Source: Takakia lepidozioides
Lineage: Eukaryota; Plantae; Bryophyta
Length of the DNA stretch: 64,000 nucleotides
Direction: 5' to 3'
Assembly: GCA_030704615.1 (NCBI GenBank)
Contig: CM060734.1
Coordinates: forward strand, 26,970,001 to 27,034,000
The notes under the pieces are model-generated. The model searched no databases. It had not been told where the DNA came from and was given only the letters and a program-made list of their open reading frames with translations. The position numbers and the translations under genes are program-made. Within the stretch, counting starts at the first letter, position 1. Each line of letters begins with the position of its first letter. Below, piece after piece: positions 49,001 through 61,000 of this stretch.

Positions 49001-52000
49001 CCATCGTTCGATGTTCAAATGATTTTTGATTGCTTTCAAACATTGCGAGTGTGTTGGACATACCTTGTCACAGGTCCTCTCAAGTATGAGGTCAATCGAA
49101 ATTGATTGAAAGGGTGAACCCATCGTTCGATGTTCAAATGAATTTTGATTGCTTTCAACATTGCGAGTGTGTTGGACATACCTTGTCACATGCTCCTCTC
49201 AAGTATGAAGTCAATCAAAATTGATTGAAAGGGTGAACCCATCGTTCGATGTTCAAATGAATTTTGATTGCTTTCAAACATTGCGAGTGTGTTGGACATA
49301 CCTTGTCAGAGGTACGTGTCGAGTATCAGGTCAATCAAAATTGATTCAAAGGGTGAACCCATCGTTCGATGTTCAAATGAATTTTGATTGCTTTCAATCT
49401 TTGCGAGTGTGTTGGACATACTTGTCACATGCTCCTCTCAAGTATGAAGTCAATCAAAATTGATTGAAAGGGTGAACCCATCGTTCGATGTTCAAATGAT
49501 TTTGATGCTTTCAAACATTGCGAGTGTGTTGGACATACCTTGTCAGAGTACGTGTCGAGTATCAGGTCAATCGAAATTGATTCAAAGGGTGAACCCATCG
49601 TTCGATGTTCAAATGATTTTTGATTGCTTTCAATCTTTGCGAGTGTGTTGGACATACCTTGTCACATGCTCCTCTCAAGTATGAAGTCAATCAAAATTGA
49701 TTGAAAGGGTGAACCCATCGTTCGATGTTCAAATGATTTTTGATTGCTTTCAAACATTGCGAGTGTGTTGGACATACCTTGTCAGAGGTACGTGTCGAGT
49801 ATCAGGTCAATCAAAATTGATTCAAAGGGTGAAACCATCGTTCGATGTTCAAATGAATTTTTGATTGCTTTCAATCTTTGCGAGTGTGTTGGACATACCT
49901 TGTCACATGCTCCTCTCAAGTATGAAGTCAATCAAAATTGATTGAAAGGGTGAACCCATCGTTCGATGTTCAAATGATTTTTGATTGCTTTCAAACATTG
50001 CGAGTGTGTTGACATACCTTGTCAGAGGTACGTGTGAGTATCAAGTCAATCGAAATTGATTCAAAGGGTGAACCCATCGTTCGATGTTCAAATGAATTTT
50101 GATTGCTTTCAATCTTTGCGAGTGTGTTGGACATACCTTGTCACATGCTCCTCTCAAGTATGAAGTCAATCAAATTGATTGAAAGGGTGAACCCATCGTT
50201 CGATGTTCAAATGATTTTGATTGCTTTCAACATTGCGAGTGTGTTGGACATACCTTGTCAGAGGTACGTGTCAAGTATCAGGTCAATCGAAAATTGATTC
50301 AAAGGGTGAACCCATCGTTCGATGTTCAAATGAATTTTGATTGCTTTCAATCTTTGCGAGTGTGTGGACATACCTTGTCACATGCTCCTCTCAAGTATGA
50401 AGTCAATCAAAATTGATTGAAAGGGTGAACCCATCGTTCGATGTTCAAATGATTTTTGATTGCTTTCAACATTGCGAGTGTGTTGGACATACCTTGTCAA
50501 TGGTCCTCTCAAGTATGAGTCAATCAAAATGATTGAAAGGGTGAACCCATCGTTCGATGTTCAAATGATTTTTGATTGCTTTCAAACATTGCGAGTGTGT
50601 TGGACATACCTTGTCACATGCTCCTCTCAAGTATGAAGTCAATCAAATTGATTGAAAGGGTGAACCCATCGTTCGATGTTCAAATGATTTTTGATTGCTT
50701 TCAAACATTGCGAGGTGTTGGACATACCTTGTCAGAGGTCCTGTCAAGTATCAGTCAATCGAAATTGATTCAAAGGGTGAACCCATCGTTCGATGTTCAA
50801 ATGATTTTTGATTGCTTTCAAATTGCGAGTGTGTTGGACACACCTTGTCACAGGTACTCTCAAGTATGAAGTCAATCAAAATTGATTGAAAGGGTGAACC
50901 CATCGTTCGATGTTCAAATGAATTTTGATTGCTTTCAACATTGCGAGTGTGTTGGACATACCTTGTCACATGCTCCTCTCAGTATGAAGTCAATCAAAAT
51001 GATTGAAAGGGTGAACCCATCGTTCGATGTTCAAATGAATTTTGATTGCTTTCAATCTTGCGAGTTGTTGGACATACCTTGTCACATGCTCCTCTCAAGT
51101 ATGAAGTCAATCAAAATTGATTGAAAGGGTGAACCCATCGTTCGATGTTCAAATGATTTTTGATTGCTTTCAAACATTGCGAGTGTGTTGGACATACCTT
51201 GTCAGAGGTACGTGTCGAGTATCAGTCAATCGAAATTGATTCAAAGGGTGAACCCATCGTTCGATGTTCAAATGAATTTTTGATTGCTTTCAATCTTTGC
51301 GAGTGTGTTGGACATACCTTGTCACATGCTCCTCTCAAGTATGAAGTCAATCAAAATTGATTGAAAGGGTGAACCCATCGTTCGATGTTCAAATGATTTT
51401 TGATTGCTTTCAAACATTGCGAGTGTGTTGGACATACCTTGTCAGAGGTACGTGTCGAGTATCAGGTCAATCGAAATTGATTCAAAGGGTGAACCATCGT
51501 TCGATGTTCAAATGAATTTTTGATTGCTTTCAATCTTTGCGAGTGTGTTGGACATACCTTGTCACATGCTCCTCTCAAGTATGAAGTCAATCAAAATTGA
51601 TTGAAAGGGTGAACCCATCGTTCGATGTTCAAATGATTTTGATTGCTTTCAAACATTGCGAGTGTGTTGGACATACCTTGTCAAGGTACGTGTCAAGTAT
51701 GAAGTCAATCGAAATTGATTCAAAGGGTGAACCCATCGTTCGATGTTCAAATGAATTTTTGATTGCTTTCAATCTTTGCGAGTGTGTTGGACATACCTTG
51801 TCACATGCTCCTCTCAAGTATGAAGTCAATCAAAATTGATTGAAAGGGTGAACCATCGTTCGATGTTCAAATGAATTTTGATTGCTTTCAATCTTTGCGA
51901 GTGTGTTGGACATACCTTGTCACATGCTCCTCTCAAGTATGAAGTCAATCAAAATTGATTGAAAGGGTGAACCCATCGTCGATGTTCAAATGATTTTTGA

Positions 52001-55000
52001 TTGCTTTCAAACATTGCGAGTGTGTTGGACATACCTTGTCAGAGGTACGTGTCGAGTATCAGTCAATCGAAATTGATTCAAAGGGTGAACCCATCGTTCG
52101 ATGTTCAAATGAATTTTTGATTGCTTTCAATCTTTGCGAGTGTGTTGGACATACCTTGTCACATGCTCCTCTCAAGTATGAAGTCAATCAAAATTGATTG
52201 AAAGGGTGAACCCATCGTTCGATGTTCAAATGATTTTGATTGCTTTCAAACATTGCGAGTGTGTTGGACATACCTTGTCACATGCTCTCTCAAGTATGAA
52301 GTCAATCAAAATTGATTGAAAGGGTGAACCCATCGTTCGATGTTCAAATGAATTTTTGATTGCTTTCAAACTTTGCGAGTGTGTTGGACATACCTTGTCA
52401 CATGCTCCTCTCAAGTATGAAGTCAATCAAAATTGATTGAAAGGGTGAACCCATCGTTCGATGTTCAAATGATTTTTGATTGCTTTCAATCTTTGCGAGT
52501 GTGTTGGACATACCTTGTCACATGCTCCTCTCAAGTATGAAGTCAATCAAAATTGATTGAAAGGGTGAACCCATCGTTCGATGTTCAAATGATTTTTGAT
52601 TGCTTTCAAACATTGCGAGTGTGTTGGACATACCTTGTCAGAGGTACGTGTCAAGTATGAAGTCAATCGAAATTGATTCAAAGGGTGAACCCATCGTTCG
52701 ATGTTCAAATGATTTTGATTGCTTTCAAACATTGCGAGTGTGTTGGACATACCTTGTCACAGGTACGTGGGAGTATCACGTCAATCAAAATTGATTGAAA
52801 GGGTGAACCCATCGTTCGATGTTCAAATGAATTTTGATTGCTTTCAATCTTTGCGAGTGTGTTGGACATACTTGTCACATGCTCCTCTCAAGTATGAAGT
52901 CAATCAAAATTGATTGAAAGGGTGAACCCATCGTTCGATGTTCAAATGATTTTTGATTGCTTTCAAACATTGCGAGTGTGTTGGACATACCTTGTCAGAG
53001 GTACGTGTCAAGTATGAGGTCAATCGAAATTGATTCAAGGGTGAACCCATCGTTCGATGTTCAAATGAATTTTGATTGCTTTCAATCTTGCGAGTGTGTT
53101 GGACATACCTTGTCACATGCTCCTCTCAAGTATGAAGTCAATCAAAATTGATTGAAAGGGTGAAACCATCGTTCGATGTTCAAATGATTTTGATTGCTTT
53201 CAAACATTGCGAGTGTGTTGGACATACCTTGTCAGAGGTACGTGTCGAGTATCAGGTCAATCGAAATTGATTCAAAGGGTGAACCCATCGTTCGATGTTC
53301 AAATGAATTTTTGATTGCTTTCAATCTTTGCGAGTGTGTTGGACATACCTTGTCACATGCTCCTCTCAAGTATGAAGTCAATCAAAATTGATTGAAAGGG
53401 TGAACCCATCGTTCGATGTTCAAATGAATTTTGATTGCTTTCAAACATTGCGAGTGTGTTGGACATACCTTGTCAGAGGTACGTGTCGAGTATCAAGTCA
53501 ATCGAAATGATCAAAGGGTGAACCCATCGTTCGATGTTCAAATGAATTTTTGATTGCTTTCAATCTTTGCGAGTGTGTTGGACATACTTGTCACATGCTC
53601 CTCTCAAGTATGAAGTCAATCAAAATGATTGAAAGGGTGAACCCATCGTTCGATGTTCAAATGATTTTTGATTGCTTTCAAACATTGCGAGTGTGTTGGA
53701 CATACCTTGTCAGAGGTACGTGTCAAGTATGAAGTCAATCAAAATTGATTCAAAGGGTGAACCCATCGTTCGATGTTCAAATGAATTTTTGATTGCTTTC
53801 AATCATTGCGAGTGTGTTGGACATACCTTGTCACATGCTCCTCTCAAGTATGAAGTCAATCAAAATTGATTGAAAGGGTGAACCCATCGTTCGATGTTCA
53901 AATGATTTTTGATTGCTTTCAAACATTGCGAGTGTGTTGGACATACCTTGTCAGAGGTACGTGTCAAGTATCAGGTCAATCGAAATTGATTGAAAGGGTG
54001 AACCCATCGTTCGATGTTCAAATGAATTTTTGATTGCTTTCAATCTTTGCGAGTGTGTTGGACATACCTTGTCACATGCTCCTCTCAAGTATGAAGTCAA
54101 TCAAAATTGATTGAAAGGGTGAACCCATCGTTCGATGTTCAAATGATTTTGATTGCTTTCAAACATTGCGAGTGTGTTGGACATACCTTGTCAGAGGACG
54201 TGTCGAGTATGAGGTCAATCAAAATTGATTGAAAGGGTGAACCATCGTTCGATGTTCAAATGAATTTTTGATTGCTTTCAATCTTTGCGAGTGTGTTGGA
54301 CATACCTTGTCACATGCTCCTCTCAAGTATGAAGTCAATCAAAATTGATTGAAAGGGTGAACCCATCGTTCGATGTTCAAATGATTTTTGATTGCTTTCA
54401 AACATTGCGAGTGTGTTGGACATACCTTGTCAGAGGTACGTGTCGAGTATCAAGTCAATCGAAATTGATTCAAAGGGTGAACCCATCGTTCGATGTTCAA
54501 ATGAATTTTTGATTGCTTTCAATCTTTGCGAGTGTGTTGGACATACCTGTCACATGCTCCTCTCAAGTATGAAGTCAATCAAAATTGATTGAAAGGGTGA
54601 ACCATCGTTCGATGTTCAAATGATTTTGATTGCTTTCAAACATGCGAGTGTGTTGGACATACCTTGTCAGATGGTCGTCTCAAGTATCAAGTCAATCGAA
54701 ATTGATTGAAAGGGTGAACCCATCGTTCGATGTTCAAATGAATTTTGATTGCTTTCAAATCTTTGCGAGTGTGTTGGACATACCTTGTCACATGCTCCTC
54801 TCAAGTATGAAGTCAATCAAAATTGATTGAAAGGGTGAACCCATCGTTCGATGTTCAAATGATTTTTGATTGCTTTCAAACATTGCGAGTGTGTTGGACA
54901 TACCTTGTCAGAGGTCGTGTCGAGTATCAGTCAATCGAAATTGATTGAAAGGGTGAACCCATCGTTCGATGTTCAAATGAATTTTTGATTGCTTTCAATC

Positions 55001-58000
55001 TTTGCGAGTGTGTTGGACATACCTTGTCACATGCTCCTCTCAAGTATGAAGTCAATCAAAATTGATTGAAAGGGTGAACCCATCGTTCGATGTTCAAATG
55101 ATTTTTGATTGCTTTCAACATTGCGAGTGTGTTGGACATACCTTGTCACAGCTCCTGTCGAGTATGAAGTCAATCGAAATTGATTCAAAGGGTGAACCCA
55201 TCGTTCGATGTTCAAATGATTTTTGATTGCTTTCAAACTTGCGAGTGTGTTGGACATACCTTGTCACATGCTCCTCTCAAGTATGAAGTCAATCAAAATT
55301 GATTGAAAGGGTGAACCCATCGTTCGATGTTCAAATGATTTTTGATTGCTTTCAAACATTGCGAGTGTGTTGGACATACCTTGTCACATGGTCGTCTCAA
55401 GTATGAAGTCAATCAAAATTGATTGAAAGGGTGAAACCATCGTTCGATGTTCAAATGAATTTTTGATTGCTTTCAAACTTTGCGAGTGTGTTGGACATAC
55501 CTTGTCACATGCTCCTCTCAAGTATGAAGTCAATCAAAATTGATTGAAAGGGTGAACCCATCGTTCGATGTTCAAATGATTTTTGATTGCTTTCAAACAT
55601 TGCGAGTGTGTTGGACATACCTTGTCAGAGGTACGTGTCGAGTATCAAGTCAATCGAAATTGATTCAAAGGGTGAACCCATCGTTCGATGTTCAAATGAA
55701 TTTTGATTGCTTTCAATCTTTGCGAGTGTGTTGGACATACCTTGTCACATGCTCCTCTCAAGTATGAAGTCAATCAAATTGATTGAAAGGGTGAACCCAT
55801 CGTTCGATGTTCAAATGATTTTGATTGCTTTCAAACATTGCGAGTGTGTTGGACATACCTTGTCAGAGGTACGTGTCGAGTATCAGTCAATCGAAATTGA
55901 TTCAAAGGGTGAACCCATCGTTCGATGTTCAAATGAATTTTGATTGCTTTCAATCTTTGCGAGTGTGTTGGACATACCTTGTCACATGCTCCTCTCAAGT
56001 ATGAAGTCAATCAAAATTGATTGAAAGGGTGAACCCATCGTTCGATGTTCAAATGATTTTGATTGCTTTCAAACATTGCGAGTGTGTTGGACATACCTTG
56101 TCACATGTACGTGTCAAGTATGAAGTCAATCAAAATGATTGAAAGGGTGAACCCATCGTTCGATGTTCAAATGAATTTTTGATTGCTTTCAAACTTGCGA
56201 GTGTGTTGGACATACCTTGTCACATGCTCCTCTCAAGTATGAAGTCAATCAAAATTGATTGAAAGGGTGAACCCATCGTTCGATGTTCAAATGATTTTGA
56301 TTGCTTTCAAACATTGCGAGTGTGTTGGACATACCTTGTCACATGCTCCTCTCAAGTATGAAGTCAATCAAAATTGATTGAAAGGGTGAACCCATCGTTG
56401 TTTTGATTTTTTTTTTTTTTTTTTTTTTTTCAATTTGTTCGATGTTCAATGATTTTTGATTGCTTTCAAACATTGCGAGTGTGTTGGACATACCTTGTCA
56501 GAGGTACGTGTCGAGTATGAGGTCAATCGAAATTGATTCAAAGGGTGAACCCATCGTTCGATGTTCAAATGAATTTTTGATTGCTTTCAATCTTTGCGAG
56601 TGTGTTGGACATACCTTGTCACATGCTCCTCTCAAGTATGAAGTCAATCAAAATTGATTGAAAGGGTGAACCCATCGTTCGATGTTCAAATGATTTTGAT
56701 GCTTTCAACATTGCGAGTGTGTGGACATACCTTGTCAGAGGTACGTGTCGAGTATCAGTCAATCGAAATTGATTCAAAGGGTGAACCCATCGTTCGATGT
56801 TCAAATGAATTTTTGATTGCTTTCAATCTTTGCGAGTGTGTTGGACATACCTTGTCACATGCTCCTCTCAAGTATGAAGTCAATCAAAATTGATTGAAAG
56901 GGTGAACCCATCGTTCGATGTTCAAATGATTTTTGATTGCTTTCAAACATTGCGAGTGTGTTGGACATACCTTGTCAGAGGTACGTGTCGAGTATCAGGT
57001 CAATCGAAATTGATTCAAAGGGTGAACCCATCGTTCGATGTTCAAATGAATTTTTGATTGCTTTCAATCTTGCGAGTGTGTTGGACATACCTGTCACATG
57101 CTCCTCTCAAGTATGAAGTCAATCAAAATTGATTGAAAGGGTGAACCCATCGTTCGATGTTCAAATGATTTTTGATTGCTTTCAAACATTGCGAGTGTGT
57201 TGGACATACCTTGTCACATGCTCCTCTCAAGTATGAAGTCAATCAAAATTGATTGAAAGGGTGAACCCATCGTTCGATGTCAAATGAATTTTTGATTGCT
57301 TTCAATCTTTGCGAGTGTGTTGGACATACCTTGTCACATGCTCCTCTCAAGTATGAAGTCAATCAAAATTGATTGAAAGGGTGAACCCATCGTTCGATGT
57401 TCAAATGAATTTTGATTGCTTTCCAATCTTTGCGAGTGTGTTGGACATACCTTGTCACATGCTCCTCTCAAGTATGAAGTCAATCAAAATGATTGAAAGG
57501 GTGAACCCATCGTTCGATGTTCAAATGATTTTGATTGCTTTCAAACATGCGAGTGTGTTGGACATACCTTGTCAGATGTACCTCTCAAGTATGAAGTCAA
57601 TCGAAATTGATTGAAAGGGTGAACCATCGTTCGATGTTCAAATGATTTTTGATTGCTTTCAAACATTGCGAGTGTGTTGGACATACCTTGTCAGAGGTAC
57701 GTGTCAAGTATGAAGTCAATCAAAATTGATTGAAAGGGTGAACCCATCGTTCGATGTTCAAATGATTTTTGATTGCTTTCAAACATGCGAGTGTGTTGGA
57801 CATACCTTGTCACAGGTCCTGTCAAGTATGAAGTCAATCAAAATGATTGAAAGGGTGAACCCATCGTTCGATGTTCAAATGATTTTTGATTGCTTTCAAA
57901 CATTGCGAGTGTGTTGGACATACCTTGTCAGAGGTCCTCTCAAGTATGAAGTCAATCGAAATTGATTCAAAGGGTGAACCCATCGTTCGATGTTCAAATG

Positions 58001-61000
58001 AATTTTTGATTGCTTTCAATCTTTGCGAGTGTGTTGGACATACCTTGTCACATGCTCCTCTCAAGTATGAAGTCAATCAAAATTGATTGAAAGGGTGAAC
58101 CCATCGTTCGATGTTCAAATGATTTTTGATTGCTTTCAAACATTGCGAGTGTGTTGGACATACCTTGTCAGAGGTACGTGTCGAGTATCAAGTCAATCAA
58201 AATTGATTCAAAGGGTGAAACCATCGTTCGATGTTCAAATGAATTTTGATTGCTTTCAATCTTTGCGAGTGTGTTGGACATACCTTGTCACATGCTCCTC
58301 TCAAGTATGAAGTCAATCAAAATTGATTGAAAGGGTGAACCATCGTTCGATGTTCAAATGATTTTGATTGCTTTCAAACATTGCGAGTGTGTTGGACATA
58401 CCTTGTCAGAGGTACGTGTCGAGTATGAGGTCAATCGAAATTGATTCAAAGGGTGAACCATCGTTCGATGTTCAAATGAATTTTTGATTGCTTTCAATCT
58501 TTGCGAGTGTGTTGGACATACCTTGTCACATGCTCCTCTCAAGTATGAAGTCAATCAAAATGATTGAAAGGGTGAACCCATCGTTCGATGTTCAAATGAT
58601 TTTGATTGCTTTCAAACATTGCGAGTGTGTTGGACATACCTTGTCACATGTCCTCTCAAGTATGAAGTCAATCGAAATTGATTGAAAGGGTGAACCCATC
58701 GTTCGATGTTCAATGATTTTTGATTGCTTTCAAACATTGCGAGTGTGTTGGACATACCTTGTCAGAGGTACGTGTCAAGTATCAGTCAATCAAAATTGAT
58801 TGAAAGGGTGAACCCATCGTTCGATGTTCAAATGATTTTTGATTGCTTTCAATCTTTGCGAGTGTGTTGGACATACCTTGTCACATGCTCCTCTCAAGTA
58901 TGAAGTCAATCAAAATTGATTGAAAGGGTGAACCCATCGTTCGATGTTCAAATGATTTTGATTGCTTTCAAACATTGCGAGTGTGTTGGACATACCTGTC
59001 ACATGCTCCTCTCAAGTATGAAGTCAATCAAAATTGATTGAAAGGGTGAACCCATCGTTCGATGTTCAAATGAATTTTTGATTGCTTTCAATCTTTGCGA
59101 GTGTGTTGGACATACCTTGTCACATGCTCCTCTCAAGTATGAAGTCAATCAAAATTGATTGAAAGGGTGAACCCATCGTTCGATGTTCAAATGAATTTTT
59201 GATTGCTTTCAATCTTTGCGAGTGTGTTGGACATACCTTGTCACATGCTCCTCTCAAGTATGAAGTCAATCAAATTGATTGAAAGGGTGAACCCATCGTT
59301 CGATGTTCAAATGAATTTTTGATTGCTTTCAAATCTTTGCGAGTGTGTTGGACATACCTTGTCACATGCTCCTTCAAGTATGAAGTCAATCAAAATTGAT
59401 TGAAAGGGTGAACCCATCGTTCGATGTTCAAATGATTTTTGATTGCTTTCAATCATTGCGAGTGTGTTGGACATACCTTGTCACATGCTCCTCTCAAGTA
59501 TGAAGTCAATCAAAATGATTGAAAGGGTGAACCCATCGTTCGATGTTCAAATGATTTTTGATTGCTTTCAAACATTGCGAGTGTGTTGGACATACCTTGT
59601 CACATGCTCCTCTCAAGTATGAAGTCAATCGAAATTGATTGAAAGGGTGAACCCATCGTTCGATGTTCAAATGAATTTTGATTGCTTTCAATCTTTGCGA
59701 GTGTGTTGGACATACCTTGTCACATGCTCCTCTCAAGTATGAAGTCAATCAAAATTGATGAAAGGGTGAACCCATCGTTCGATGTTCAAATGATTTTGAT
59801 TGCTTTCAAACATTGCGAGTGTGTTGGACATACCTTGTCAGAGGTACGTGTCGAGTATCACGTCAATCGAAATTGATTCAAAGGGTGAACCCATCGTTCG
59901 ATGTTCAAATGAATTTTTGATTGCTTTCAATCTTTGCGAGTGTGTTGGACATACCTTGTCACATGCTCCTCTCAAGTATGAAGTCAATCAAAATTGATTG
60001 AAAGGGTGACCCATCGTTCGATGTTCAAATGATTTTTGATTGCTTTCAACATTGCGAGTGTGTTGGACATACCTTGTCAGAGGTACGTGTCGAGTATGAA
60101 GTCAATCGAAATTGATTCAAAGGGTGAACCCATCGTTCGATGTTCAAATGATTTTGATTGCTTTCAAACATTGCGAGTGTGTTGGACATACCTTGTCAGA
60201 GGTCCTCTCAAGTATGAAGTCAATCAAAATGATTGAAAGGGTGAACCCATCGTTCGATGTTCAAATGAATTTTGATTGCTTTCAAATCTTGCGAGTGTGT
60301 TGGACATACCTTGTCACATGCTCCTCTCAAGTATGAAGTCAATCAATTGATTGAAAGGGTGAACCCATCGTTCGATGTTCAAATGAATTTTTGATTGCTT
60401 TCAAACATTGCGAGTGTGTTGGACATACCTTGTCACATGCTCCTCTCAAGTATGAAGTCAATCAAAATTGATTGAAAGGGTGAACCCATCGTTCGATGTT
60501 CAAATGATTTTGATTGCTTTCAAACATTGCGAGTGTGTTGGACATACCTTGTCACATGCTCCTCTCAAGTATGAAGTCAATCAAAATTGATTGAAAGGGT
60601 GAACCCATCGTTCGATGTTCAATGATTTTGATTGCTTTCAAACATTGCGAGTGTGTTGGACATACCTTGTCAGAGGTACGTGTCAAGTATCAGGTCAATC
60701 AAAATTGATTCAAAGGGTGAACCCATCGTTCGATGTTCAAATGAATTTTGATTGCTTTCAATCATTGCGAGTGTGTTGGACATACCTTGTCACATGCCTC
60801 TCAAGTATGAAGTCAATCAAAATTGATTGAAAGGGTGAACCCATCGTTCGATGTTCAAATGATTTTGATTGCTTTCAAACATTGCGAGTGTGTTGGACAT
60901 ACCTTGTCACATGCTCCTCTCAAGTATGAAGTCAATCAAATTGATTGAAAGGGTGAACCCATCGTTCGATGTTCAAATGATTTTTGATTGCTTTCAAACA

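Noticed and set aside
56399-56436. Poly-T blob in the array (similar ones at about 61712-61770 and 42520-42536) as retroposed insertions
   Set aside because: They replace or garble monomer sequence without a clear TSD, which is typical of base-calling or consensus errors.
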